A DNA stretch of 64,000 nt from an uncultured Desulfospira sp. (GTDB lineage Bacteria; Desulfobacterota; Desulfobacteria; Desulfobacterales; Desulfobacteraceae): positions 1,536,001-1,600,000 of the forward strand of contig OY760175.1 in NCBI GenBank assembly GCA_963663165.1, given 5' to 3'. Positions 37,399 through 47,597 of this stretch are shown here, piece after piece. Below the pieces are notes generated by a model. It searched no databases. It was given only the letters and a program-made list of their open reading frames with translations, and was not told where the DNA came from. Made by a program: the position numbers and the translations under genes. Each line of letters begins with the position of its first letter. Within the stretch, counting starts at the first letter, position 1.

Positions 37399-40300
37399 TT
37401 AAGCATTTTTACGGCGAACCATCATCAATACCCCGACCAGGATCAGGGCCAGGGCCGTCACCAGGCCGCCCACAAGGTTCATGGCCGGCACCGGGGTGCT
37501 GTCTGAACTACCGGTGATAAAGCTCCAGATTTCCGAAGTGACGGTTTCAATGCCATCCGTGACCTCAACATACCAGCTCTTTTCCGTCCCCGCCGTCAGG
37601 CCTTCCCAAACCACACTCGCACTGCTGCCTGATGCAACACCCGTCTGAGAATCAATCAGATCCTTAGACTCACCGTCATAAAAGAAAACGTCCAGGGTCT
37701 GGTCGTCCGCATCTGAGACGGTTACGGTCAGGGTCGCGCTGGTTATGTCCGGGGTGGTGGTTCCGCTGTCTACCGAAGGCACACTGTTGGTTGTGGTGAA
37801 CGTGGACAGCGCGGATGTGGTTTCCCCGGTTCCGTCAGTGGCCACCGTATACCAGCTGTAAATGGTGGCGTCGCTTAACCCGGTCCAGGCCACGGATGCG
37901 GTGGTTCCGGATGCCACATTTTCCACACAGTCGATCAGGGTGCCGCCTTCAGCGTAGAAACAAACGTCTACCGCATCCCCGTCACTGTCGACAACATCTA
38001 CGGTCAGCCAGACATTTGAATCCACACCGGCAGTGCCGTTGGCAATGCTTGAAGCCGGGGTCACAGCGGCCAGGGTGTTTGAACCGGAGATGTAGCGAAC
38101 CGAAGCATCGGCTTTGACCGGTGCGTCTTCTACGTTTTCATCCGCATCAGTGGCAATGGAGTAGAATTCGAAATACCCGTAGTCTCCTGCTTCATCGCCA
38201 TCCACATCATAATCAAACGCCATGGACCAGTCGTCTGAGGAATCCGTGTCCTCGCCAATGAGGGTCCAGTCGCCCCAGGTTACGCCATCCGTGGAATAGC
38301 GGTAGTAGAACGCCACTTTGGTGGGTGCCACATCTTCCCCGCTGCCCGCCTCAACTTCATAGGAGACTTCCAGGGAAGGCGCGTATGAGGTGCTGTACTC
38401 CTTGGCGTCAAAATTATAAACCAATTTCGTGGCGCTGCTTTCTACAGTCGGTTTCAGGACAAAAGAGAGAATATCATCTTCGAGTGTCACTTGACTTTGA
38501 ACAAAGGAAGCCACACTCCATTCATACCACTTTGCACTTCCCTCAACGAGAGTGACCTCATCTTCCGCCGTTTCTTCATAAGCGGGCTGACCATCCCAGT
38601 CAAGGGCACTTTCCGTCCAGGTATCATCTGTGCAGCCGTGTACTGAGGCCGCCATATCCCCGCCCTGATTATATGTCCACCACTGGTAAAGGCTTAGCGT
38701 GGCTGAAGTAACCGTTGCTCCGGCGGGTACCTTTCCATCCAGATCGAACTTCACCCAAATGCGCTCGTTTTCATAACCGCTGTTGTAGCTTTGCAGATAC
38801 AAATTAGTTGCACTGCCGTATGTATAGGCCGGGTGTCCCTCGGCCACCTGGGTATCGGCACTGGCAGTCACAACCACCGTGCCGCTTCCTTCACCGCTGG
38901 TATCCGAAGCTGTGGCGGTCAGCGTAATGGAGGATTCAGTTGTGGTTGAAGTGCTGATGGCATCCACGGAACTGGTGGCCGGATAGCCGGTGACATCCTG
39001 GTCGGAAGCAATGGCCGCCGTGTGGCAGCGGAACCTGCGGTCGGTATAGTCCTCAACGGTCTGGACACCGGTCAGTTCAAGGACATCCCCCACCTCGCCG
39101 GGCAGGGTTTTGGTGTAGTAGGCATCGCCCTGGTAAATGGTCTGGGTGTTACCGTCGGCATCCACTACCGAGTTGTCACCGGTTTTTTTCACGTAGATTT
39201 TCACATAATGGTTTTCATGCCATTCATCCCAGAAAGAGGCAAAGTTGGGCATGGTCTCGGGACGGGCCAGGGTTTCGTCATGGCCCACAATCTCGATCTC
39301 AACACCGTCGGATACAATACCTTCTTCACTGATGAACTCGGGTACTCCCTCATAAAATCCGCCTTCACCCCATATCTCGATGATGTCGCCGTGCTGATAC
39401 TTGCCGTCCAGGAACCCGAGAAAACCCCGGTAAAGCATGGTGTCTGAGAACTGGTGTTCCTTGTTGATGGAGCCGTCAGAGTTGACCAGATCGCTTAAGC
39501 CGTATTTTCCCCGGCGCAGCAAGGTCTCATCCGTGGCGGACAACAGCCGGATAAAGCCGTCCTCATGGTAGGGCTGGCTTTCGGTATCGGCAACAAAGAG
39601 GACAACGGCCCTGAACCCGCCGGCAAGCTCGGTGTCCAGATCGTACCGGTCTTCAATGCCGTTGGCATACATGGGACTTTCTTCGGTGTACTGGGCCGTG
39701 TAATCAATCACAGCCTGACGGATGTCCAAGGCTGTTTCAACTTCATTGGAAAAGGAGATGTCTGACTCGTGTTCCGCCATGTAGTCGCTGATAATGACTT
39801 TAAAAGTAGCGGTCTTCCCGATTTCAGTTCCATTATAGGTAATACTTGATATGGCCCCGTCCTGGGCGGTCACTTTCCAGCCGGCTGAGATGGAGGTGCC
39901 GCAGTAATCAGACTGAATGAAATCCCAGATCTGCTGGCCGGTCATCTCGACCTGTACCATAATATTGTCGCTCCAGGGATAGGCCTCATAAATTTCGTTG
40001 TAGGTGATGGGGCCCTTGGGCACATCCCGGCGGATGCTGCCGCCACTCTGGATGGCCAGGTCCGCATCAATTTCATTTTGTTCCATGTACCAGACCATGG
40101 CGTCGGTGATCCAGGCACCCACAGCATTGGTGGCGTTCCAGGGATATTCGCTTACCGTCCACCACTTGTCTTTGTCCATGAGCAGGTCAACGGCGGAATA
40201 GCCGATCACCTGGTCCAGGGCATAGGCGGGGGCGGGCGTCGTGTTATTGTAATCACTGATCAGGCCGTCAATAATTGTCTGCACAGCCGTATTGGGGGTA

Positions 40301-41790
40301 ATTTCAGAACAGCGGATGGCATGTTTGGTGGCATTCACATACCGGCCCTCTCCGGTGACTTCCAGCTCGCCGATATACTGCATGTAGGAGGCCGCTTCCA
40401 CCATGGTGGTTTTGTAGTTGAGCTGGGCCGGCTGCCAGGCCTTTTCATCCCAGGTGTGCCAGTGGCCCGACACCACCACTTCCGGCGGGTCCACGCCGCC
40501 GGAATCTTCAATCAGGGCATCACTGCCCGACACGATCCGGGTCTGGCCGATGTGGGACAAGAGAACCACCACGTCACATTCCTGCTCTTCGCGCAGTTCC
40601 TGCACATAATCCTTGATATTGATGGTGCTTGCGTCGTCATCATCCCAGACCGCCGTGACCACGTCGATAACGCCTTCGGTGGTCTCCCCCAGGTGAGAGG
40701 AGGTATCGGTGGTGTAGCCCAGAATACCTACCTTGACCCCATTTTCCAGAGTGACGACGTTATAGGCGGAAAAATACGGTGCTGTGGTTCCTTCAGAGCA
40801 GATATTCATGGAAATAATGGGCAGGCCGCTGTTGGTCATGTTGTTCAGGTAGGACATATACCGCACGTCATGGTTGCCCACCACGATGGCGTCAATACCG
40901 CGGCCGCCCAGAGCCTTCAACTGCGTGTCCAGGGAGCTGTAAAATGATAGCATTCCGCGGTTGCCGTCCAGGTCGCCCAAAGGACTGCCTTCGGAAATAT
41001 CTCCGGCATCCAGCACCAGAGAAATGGGATCGGCTGTCTTCAGCTCGATCATCTTGGTGGCCATGTACGCGGCACCGCCCGCCTTTTCCAGAACCGGGAA
41101 ATCGTCCTGTCCCGGAAAGTCAAAATCATGGGGAACCAGACGGGAATGGACATCGTTGACATGAAAAATTTTAAAGCTGTTTGCCGTGGACCATTCCCCT
41201 TCGTATTCAATGCGCAGCCGGGGGGCCAGGGAAGAAGAGTACTCCTTGCCGTCGAACACGAAGCTGACACTGGTGCCTGGCGCTTCGTCTGCGAGCTTGA
41301 CCATCACACTGACCACGCCGTCACCGGCATATTCGGTCTGCACGTGGCTGGTGACATCCCAGGTGTACCAGCGGTAATCATCACCGGCGTTCAGGGCCTG
41401 GGTGGAAATGGCCGTGCTGCTGTAGGTTGGTTGGGCAGCCCAGGTAATCTCGTCTTCCGTCCAGCCATCTTCAGCCGCGTGAGCCGTAGCATTCGGGCTT
41501 TCGGAACTATCTGCCCCATAGCAGTAAAGCAGCAGTGTGGCCGACGTAATGGTGGCCCCGGCGGGAAGCTCTCCATCCAGTTCAAATTTAACATAAATAC
41601 GTTCAGCGCCGTAAGTACTGGACCCGGCGCCCAGATACATAGAGGTTTTACTCCCGGAATTAGAGGTCGGATACCCCTCCACCACCTGGGAATCGGCGCT
41701 TGAGCCGATATTCACCTGACCGGCAAAGCCGGTGGCCGAAAACGCCAATAAGAAAAAAATTATCAAAAACTTGCGAATCCACTTAACCAT
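37399..41790 (-). CDS. Large secreted 5'-nucleotidase / metallophosphoesterase with two DNRLRE (CBM96-like) domains and a C-terminal sorting signal
   Basis: Signal peptide; HVNDVHS, DAGD, GNHD, LSHIG and SGHWH motifs; 5'-nucleotidase C domain (GGSIR..GPITY..I...PW.N); two ADxQVxEG..RI.VKF.L...P.GAT.TSATL.LY..WTE....W..QP repeats; C-terminal TPVPAM-TM-RRKNA. Confidence 0.85.
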   Translation of the reverse strand: MVKWIRKFLIIFFLLAFSATGFAGQVNIGSSADSQVVEGYPTSNSGSKTSMYLGAGSSTYGAERIYVKFELDGELPAGATITSATLLLYCYGADSSESPNATAHAAEDGWTEDEITWAAQPTYSSTAISTQALNAGDDYRWYTWDVTSHVQTEYAGDGVVSVMVKLADEAPGTSVSFVFDGKEYSSSLAPRLRIEYEGEWSTANSFKIFHVNDVHSRLVPHDFDFPGQDDFPVLEKAGGAAYMATKMIELKTADPISLVLDAGDISEGSPLGDLDGNRGMLSFYSSLDTQLKALGGRGIDAIVVGNHDVRYMSYLNNMTNSGLPIISMNICSEGTTAPYFSAYNVVTLENGVKVGILGYTTDTSSHLGETTEGVIDVVTAVWDDDDASTINIKDYVQELREEQECDVVVLLSHIGQTRIVSGSDALIEDSGGVDPPEVVVSGHWHTWDEKAWQPAQLNYKTTMVEAASYMQYIGELEVTGEGRYVNATKHAIRCSEITPNTAVQTIIDGLISDYNNTTPAPAYALDQVIGYSAVDLLMDKDKWWTVSEYPWNATNAVGAWITDAMVWYMEQNEIDADLAIQSGGSIRRDVPKGPITYNEIYEAYPWSDNIMVQVEMTGQQIWDFIQSDYCGTSISAGWKVTAQDGAISSITYNGTEIGKTATFKVIISDYMAEHESDISFSNEVETALDIRQAVIDYTAQYTEESPMYANGIEDRYDLDTELAGGFRAVVLFVADTESQPYHEDGFIRLLSATDETLLRRGKYGLSDLVNSDGSINKEHQFSDTMLYRGFLGFLDGKYQHGDIIEIWGEGGFYEGVPEFISEEGIVSDGVEIEIVGHDETLARPETMPNFASFWDEWHENHYVKIYVKKTGDNSVVDADGNTQTIYQGDAYYTKTLPGEVGDVLELTGVQTVEDYTDRRFRCHTAAIASDQDVTGYPATSSVDAISTSTTTESSITLTATASDTSGEGSGTVVVTASADTQVAEGHPAYTYGSATNLYLQSYNSGYENERIWVKFDLDGKVPAGATVTSATLSLYQWWTYNQGGDMAASVHGCTDDTWTESALDWDGQPAYEETAEDEVTLVEGSAKWYEWSVASFVQSQVTLEDDILSFVLKPTVESSATKLVYNFDAKEYSTSYAPSLEVSYEVEAGSGEDVAPTKVAFYYRYSTDGVTWGDWTLIGEDTDSSDDWSMAFDYDVDGDEAGDYGYFEFYSIATDADENVEDAPVKADASVRYISGSNTLAAVTPASSIANGTAGVDSNVWLTVDVVDSDGDAVDVCFYAEGGTLIDCVENVASGTTASVAWTGLSDATIYSWYTVATDGTGETTSALSTFTTTNSVPSVDSGTTTPDITSATLTVTVSDADDQTLDVFFYDGESKDLIDSQTGVASGSSASVVWEGLTAGTEKSWYVEVTDGIETVTSEIWSFITGSSDSTPVPAMNLVGGLVTALALILVGVLMMVRRKNA

Positions 41791-42386
41791 TTACTGCCTC
41801 CTCCTTCAATAAAACGGCTGATCAGTCTTTATGGCTGAACAGCCCTGGTAATTTACGCTCTCTTAAAAAACTTTCTCTCAAATTGAATTTCCCATCAAAG
41901 AAGCCGCATTAAAAAAACGCAATTCTCAAGAGGGAACCCTCCTTCTTGCAGGATTTAAGATACCGGCTTACACATTGTCAAGTTAGTATAAAATTAGCAT
42001 GTTAGGATCATGTCAGGATTATGTTTTGAAAAGATACAACACATTGGAATAGTTTTATTTTTTACTTACCATACCGGCCCTTTCTTTAAGAAAAATTCAC
42101 CCCGTTTTTTTCTATGTTCCAGTTCATTTTTAATCCTTTTTCTCAGAATAGCTTTAAGAATGGAAACGGGAAACCGGAGACCGGATATTGCGACTTCCTC
42201 TGTTTACGTCCTCCGGTCTCCGGCCTCCCTTTATCCCGTCTCCCTCCCTTCCGGCCTCCCTTCTTCCCGTCCCCATTCTTTTCAAACGCCTTGCCAAATC
42301 CTGAGGGCTATGGTAAACATAATTTTATTTAAATTCTGTCTTTATCATTGTTTATAAATCTGAAAATCATAGGGATTTAAGCATTC

Positions 42387-43337
42387 GTGGGAGAAACACC
42401 TGCCAGTATTCGAATCGGCCATTTAAAAATTATGGATCATTTGATCCTGGGCATGTCAGTATTCCGGCAGCAGGAAACCCCCCTTGCCCGGTCCATCCTT
42501 TTCCGGATCCCCATGAATACCTTTGAACAGATCTGCGACGGGTTAATACGGCAAACCATTCACGGGGCCTTTATGCCGTTGCCCATGGCCCTGGATCTGC
42601 ACGGTTCAGGATTTGCTTTGGAATGCCTGATGATGGTCAACCGGGGCGGCTCCCGGATTGTCACCTGCGCCCCCTTTGACACCTTATCGTCCTTAAAAGG
42701 GAAAACCCTTCTGGTCCCTTCGGAGTTGTCTGTCCAGCACATGCTGGTTCACCGGCTTTTGGATGCATCGGGCTTAAGCTTCGGTCCCGAAGGGGTCTCG
42801 GATGTCTACTGCCAGGCCGTCCCCCCCTATCTGATCCCCATGATCATGGAACAGGACGGGCAAAACCAGGTGGCCGGCGGCATCCTTTATGAGCCTTACG
42901 GGTTTGAGGCCATAAAAAAGGGCACGGGCCATATGGTCTGCACCTCCAACAGCCTGTGGAAAAACCATCCGGGCTGTGTGTTTGTCATGGAAAAGGGGGT
43001 GTCCGAAAGCCTCAAAGAGGAAATTCAGGAGCTGATTTCTCATTTTTTTGAATCCGCAGGCCTTTTGGAAACCCTGAAACAAGCCCCTGAAGGTGTTGAA
43101 AAAACATGGATTCCAGATTTTCTGGAGCAGGATCCGTTTTTGTCCCTTGAGGCGTTTCATAAGTGCCGGATCAGTTTCAACCCTTCGGAACTGGTGCCGG
43201 AGCCAGGGCTTGTGGACACCATCCAGGCCTATATGACCGGCGTTACCAAGACCCTGGCCGGCAAAGTTCCGCTCGATGACATTTTCACCCCTTACCGGGC
43301 CGAAAAAGCCCTTTTGGAAGCGGCCATTGAAGATTGA
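42387..43337 (+). CDS. NrtA/CmpA-like SBP-fold protein lacking a signal peptide
   Basis: IRIGHLKIMDHL, SVQHML, EPYG and WKNHPGCV motifs; no N-terminal hydrophobic segment. Confidence 0.75.
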   Translation: MGETPASIRIGHLKIMDHLILGMSVFRQQETPLARSILFRIPMNTFEQICDGLIRQTIHGAFMPLPMALDLHGSGFALECLMMVNRGGSRIVTCAPFDTLSSLKGKTLLVPSELSVQHMLVHRLLDASGLSFGPEGVSDVYCQAVPPYLIPMIMEQDGQNQVAGGILYEPYGFEAIKKGTGHMVCTSNSLWKNHPGCVFVMEKGVSESLKEEIQELISHFFESAGLLETLKQAPEGVEKTWIPDFLEQDPFLSLEAFHKCRISFNPSELVPEPGLVDTIQAYMTGVTKTLAGKVPLDDIFTPYRAEKALLEAAIED

Positions 43338-44094
43338 ACTCGAAAAAGTCACCAAGGTGTATACGGATCATCAAAAGAACCGGCACGCCATTTTAAAGGA
43401 TATCTCTTTTTCCATTGAATCCGGGGATTTTGTCATCATCCTGGGCGAATCCGGCTGCGGCAAAACCACCCTGCTCAATCTCATGGCCGGCCTGGCCCAC
43501 CCGAGTTCCGGGAAGATTCTGGCAGACGGCGAAGAAGTCAAGGGAATTCATCCGTCCCGCTCCATGATGTTCCAGCAGCCGGCCCTGATCCCCTGGCTGA
43601 GCGTCAAAGAAAATGTGGCCTATGGGTGCAAACTTAGAGGCGATTTAAAAGATTTAAACTACCGGGTCAACCAGTTCCTTGAAATCATGGGCCTTGCCGG
43701 CCATACCGATGCCAGGCCCCACCAGCTGTCCCTTGGCATGGCCCAGCGGGTCTGCCTGGCCAGGGCACTGGTGGGCCACCCTAAAATGCTGCTGTTTGAT
43801 GAACCCTTTGCCTCTTTGGATACCTTTACCCAGGCCCATATCCAGGAAGAACTGATCAACCTGTGGCTGTCCGAGCAGTTTACGGCCGTGTTTGTCACCC
43901 ATGATATTGACGAGGCCATACGGCTGGGCAATAAAATCATCCTTCTGGCCGGGGAGCCGGCCAACATTCTGGCCACCTTTGAGATGGACGAGGCCTATCC
44001 GAGGAACAGCAACGCCCCCCGGATCAAGGAAATCCGGCATGAAATCCTGGACCGGTTTAAAACCGCTTATCTCGCCAAACGGAGCCTTATTTAG
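43327..44094 (+). CDS. ABC transporter ATPase (NitT/TauT family)
   Basis: GESGCGKT, LSLGMAQR, DEPF and VTHD motifs; TTG start inferred. Confidence 0.92.
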   Translation: MKIELEKVTKVYTDHQKNRHAILKDISFSIESGDFVIILGESGCGKTTLLNLMAGLAHPSSGKILADGEEVKGIHPSRSMMFQQPALIPWLSVKENVAYGCKLRGDLKDLNYRVNQFLEIMGLAGHTDARPHQLSLGMAQRVCLARALVGHPKMLLFDEPFASLDTFTQAHIQEELINLWLSEQFTAVFVTHDIDEAIRLGNKIILLAGEPANILATFEMDEAYPRNSNAPRIKEIRHEILDRFKTAYLAKRSLI

Positions 44095-44131
44095 CATGGA
44101 AACCTTAAAGCCCATACAAGGGGATACGCCC

Positions 44132-45283
44132 ATGAACCGGAGGCGATTTTTAAAGACCGGGGCAGCGGCGGCCCTGTCCGGGCTCGCCTTTCCGTCAAAG
44201 GCGTTCCTGTCCTCCAAACCCCTGAAGCTCGGGTATCTGCCCATTACCGATGCCACCCCGTTGCTGGTGGCCCACGGGCTGGGGTATTTTGCCCAGGAAG
44301 GGCTTGATGTGGACCGTCCGGTCATGGTCCGCTCCTGGCAGATTTTAACCGAATCCTTTCTGGCCGGAAAATTCAACCTGACCCATATGCTGTTTCCCAT
44401 CCCGGTCTGGATGCGCTTTAAACTCAATATCCCGGTCAAGGTCCTGGCCTGGGACCACACCAACGGCAGCGCCCTAACCGTGGGGGGGGCATCGGGCATT
44501 AAGAATTTCTCAGATCTTGGCGGCCGCCAGATAGCGGTCCCGTCCTGGTATTCCATGCACAACCTGATTTTGCAGATGGGGCTGCGCCAGCAGGGCCTGA
44601 CCCCGGTGATCCGCCCCATATCCGCCAGGGTCAAACCGGACCAGGTCAATCTGTTTGTCCTGTCTCCCCCGGAAATGCCAGCAGCCCTGTTGGGCGGAAA
44701 GATTGACGGCTTTATTGTTGCCGATCCCTTTAACGCCCTGGCCCAGTTAAAATTTAAAGCCGCCATCATGCGGTACACCGGAGATATTTGGAAAAATCAC
44801 CCCTGTTGTGTTATTGTAACCCATCAGGGGCTTTCCACCGAACAGCCGGAACTGGCCCAAAAGGCGGTTAATGCCATCGTAAGAGCCCAGAACTGGTGCC
44901 GTAAAAACCCCATGGAGGCGGCCCACCTGTTGAGCAGAAACGGAGAGCGGTACTTTCCGTTTCCGGAAAATGTGCTGCGCAAAGTATTCTCCGACCCTGA
45001 GCCTGGCGAACTGATTCATCCGGACTGGAAGCCCCCAAGAATTGGATTCCAGCCCTACCCCTTTCCATCAGCCACGCGATTTATCATTGACCAGATGAAG
45101 GCCACAAAAGTGGTGGGGGACACGGATTTTTTAACCGCCCTGGATACAACCAAGGCCGCCGGCGAACTGGTGGACGACCGGTTTGTCAAACAGGCCATAA
45201 AAAAAATGGGCGGCATGAAAAATTTTTGTCCGTGCGACCTTGAAAACCCGTATCAAAGGGAAGAAATCGTTGAAATCAGTTGA
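44132..45283 (+). CDS. ABC transporter substrate-binding protein (NrtA/CmpA family), Tat-exported
   Basis: MNRRRFLK Tat motif; GYLPITDA, HTNGS, SMHN and WKNHPCCV motifs. Confidence 0.9.
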   Translation: MNRRRFLKTGAAAALSGLAFPSKAFLSSKPLKLGYLPITDATPLLVAHGLGYFAQEGLDVDRPVMVRSWQILTESFLAGKFNLTHMLFPIPVWMRFKLNIPVKVLAWDHTNGSALTVGGASGIKNFSDLGGRQIAVPSWYSMHNLILQMGLRQQGLTPVIRPISARVKPDQVNLFVLSPPEMPAALLGGKIDGFIVADPFNALAQLKFKAAIMRYTGDIWKNHPCCVIVTHQGLSTEQPELAQKAVNAIVRAQNWCRKNPMEAAHLLSRNGERYFPFPENVLRKVFSDPEPGELIHPDWKPPRIGFQPYPFPSATRFIIDQMKATKVVGDTDFLTALDTTKAAGELVDDRFVKQAIKKMGGMKNFCPCDLENPYQREEIVEIS

Positions 45284-46097
45284 CGAATTCATAGCCAAAG
45301 ATTCCAAACAGGTCGGCCTGAATGCGGTCTTTGGAAAAAATATCGGGTTGAAATATGAAATCCTGGGGCTGATGGGGTTTGTCGCCGCCTGGGTGGTGTT
45401 TTCCTTTTTGATTTTTTCACAGCCGTCCCTTTCAAGGTTTCAAGGCTTTATGCCGGGACCTACGTTTTCAGCCCTGACCCGGGCGGTAACGGAAAGCCAT
45501 TTCTGGATATCGGTTTTTGCCAGCTTAAGACGGGTTCTGGTGGGCATTTTCTTAGCATCGCTGCTGGGGTTTCCCATGGGGATATTGGTGGGATTTTTCC
45601 CAAAACTGCGGGGGCTTTCCTATTCGCCCACCCAGTTTATCCGGATGATCAGCCCCCTATCCTGGATGCCCATTGCCCTGCTCTTATTTAACAGCTTTGA
45701 GTCAGCGGTGTATTTTTTGATTGTAATGGCTACGATTTGCCCTATAATATTAAATACGACGATCGGGGTGATCAACATTGATTCACAATGGATTAAAATG
45801 GCGTTGAATCAAGGCGCAAACAATATTCAGCTCATCCGTACCATTGTTGTTCCGGCGGTTGTTCCCAACATGCTCACCAGTCTTAGGCTGGCCCTGGGTG
45901 TTGCCTGGATTGTCCTTGTTCCGGCTGAATTCTTAGGCGTTACCAGCGGACTGGGGTATTTAATCAACGATGCCAGAGACACCATGGAATATGACAGGCT
46001 TATGGCAATGATTATCGCCATAGGAATTCTCGGGTTTTTGCTGGACCGTTTTTTCCAAAAACTTCAGCTGGCCCTGGCCTGGTCCTGGAACGGATAA
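45270..46097 (+). CDS. ABC transporter permease (NitT/TauT family)
   Basis: SLRRV, ISPLSWMP and AWIVLVPAEFLG..SGLGY motifs; the start is uncertain. Confidence 0.9.
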   Translation: MKSVDEFIAKDSKQVGLNAVFGKNIGLKYEILGLMGFVAAWVVFSFLIFSQPSLSRFQGFMPGPTFSALTRAVTESHFWISVFASLRRVLVGIFLASLLGFPMGILVGFFPKLRGLSYSPTQFIRMISPLSWMPIALLLFNSFESAVYFLIVMATICPIILNTTIGVINIDSQWIKMALNQGANNIQLIRTIVVPAVVPNMLTSLRLALGVAWIVLVPAEFLGVTSGLGYLINDARDTMEYDRLMAMIIAIGILGFLLDRFFQKLQLALAWSWNG

Positions 46098-46205
46098 AAA
46101 GGAGCCTTAACAAATTCGGCAGACTTAGTTGAATCCCCAGGCAGAACCGTCCCTGACACCTGGGAAAACAAACGAAAATATATATCAAACCTAAGGAGTA
46201 GTCTA

Positions 46206-47582
46206 ATGGCAGTAAATCCTGATATTAAAATAGTTGTCGCTGATGATTCAGGAACCATGCGCATGATGTTCAAACAAATCCTTAAGAAAGCGGGATTTGA
46301 AAACCTGGTCATGGCGGTGAATGGTGAAGACGGGTTTGAAAAAGTCAAACAGGAAAAACCCGACCTGGTGATCAGCGACTGGAACATGCCCCAGGTGGAC
46401 GGGTTGGACTTTTTAAAGCTGCTTCGGGCATCAGACGAATTTAAAACCCTGCCGTTTATTATGGCAACGGCCCAGTCCGATAAAGGCCAGCAGATTACCA
46501 TCATGGAAGCCGGCGGCAGTGCCCATGTGCCCAAGCCTTTTGACGAAGACCAGATTAAAGGGGCCATTGAAAAGGCCCTTTCAGGAGGCGGCGGCCAGGA
46601 ACAACGGGCTCCCAAACAACGCAGTGTTGTGGGCGGAAAAGTCGAGCTGAATGTGGCCCATATCCAGATCACGGACCACCTGGCCTTAGGCGCCTTGAAG
46701 CACCGGATCGAAAGCGGTGAGCTTGAGCCCCAGTACTTTGATTTGACCACCAGCCTTAAGGGCGGGTGGAACCCCATCCAGGAAGGGCTTGAAACCGGAG
46801 AAATTGACTGCGCCTTTGTGCTGGCCCCCATCGCCATGGACCTGTTTGCCTATGAGACCCCCATCCGGCTGGTACTGTTTGCCCATAAAAACGGGTCCAC
46901 CTTTGTCAGATCCCGGCATTACGATCATCGATTTGACTCCCTGCAAAGCTTTTACAAGTACAAGGTCGTGGACCTCCCCCACAAAATGTCCGTCCACCAC
47001 ATGCTGGCCCACCAGTTCTTAAAAGAGCTCGGGCTTAAACCGGGGGTGCCCGGCAAAAAAGCCATTAATGTCCGGTTTGAGGTGGTGCCGCCCATCAAAA
47101 TGCCCGGCATCATGAAAGAAAATGAAGACGTGGCCGGCTTCATGGTGGCCGAGCCCGTGGCCACCAAGGCCATTAAAACTGAGATTGGCAACCTGGAATT
47201 TTACTCGGCCTCCCGGTGGGAAAACCATCCCTGCTGTGTGGTGGCCATGCAGGAAGACTTTATTCAGCAGCATCCCGAGGCCGCTGAAGAATTTGTTTCC
47301 CTTCTGGTGGACACGGGCGAGTATATTGAAGACGACAAGGTCAGGGCCGCCCAGATTGCCGTGAACTTTCTTGATCCCGAAGGCAAAATGGGCCTGAACC
47401 CCGATGTGTTGAAAAATGTCTTTTCCCAGCCCATGGCCATTCACTGGAACGGTTTGTACCCTGAGGCAACAGAACTGGACAAAATTCAAAAATACATGCA
47501 CGATGTCATGGAAATCGGCAAGCTGATTGATCTTGAAAAATTTATCCAAAGCGATTTTGCCAATAAAGCGTACAATCGTTAG
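46206..47582 (+). CDS. CheY-like receiver domain fused to an NrtA/CmpA-like SBP domain
   Basis: VADDS..MR, SDWNMP..DG, MAT and KPF in the N-terminal part; then HIQITDHL, HKNGS, SVHHML, AEP and WENHPCCV. Confidence 0.88.
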   Translation: MAVNPDIKIVVADDSGTMRMMFKQILKKAGFENLVMAVNGEDGFEKVKQEKPDLVISDWNMPQVDGLDFLKLLRASDEFKTLPFIMATAQSDKGQQITIMEAGGSAHVPKPFDEDQIKGAIEKALSGGGGQEQRAPKQRSVVGGKVELNVAHIQITDHLALGALKHRIESGELEPQYFDLTTSLKGGWNPIQEGLETGEIDCAFVLAPIAMDLFAYETPIRLVLFAHKNGSTFVRSRHYDHRFDSLQSFYKYKVVDLPHKMSVHHMLAHQFLKELGLKPGVPGKKAINVRFEVVPPIKMPGIMKENEDVAGFMVAEPVATKAIKTEIGNLEFYSASRWENHPCCVVAMQEDFIQQHPEAAEEFVSLLVDTGEYIEDDKVRAAQIAVNFLDPEGKMGLNPDVLKNVFSQPMAIHWNGLYPEATELDKIQKYMHDVMEIGKLIDLEKFIQSDFANKAYNR

Positions 47583-47597
47583 TTAAAGGAGCTGCTC

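Noticed and set aside
43654..44778. Long antisense ORFs (also 30141-30902, 40078-40947, 46064-46837, 52729-53607 and others)
   Set aside because: They are shadow frames opposite well-supported genes, with no motifs, as expected from codon bias.
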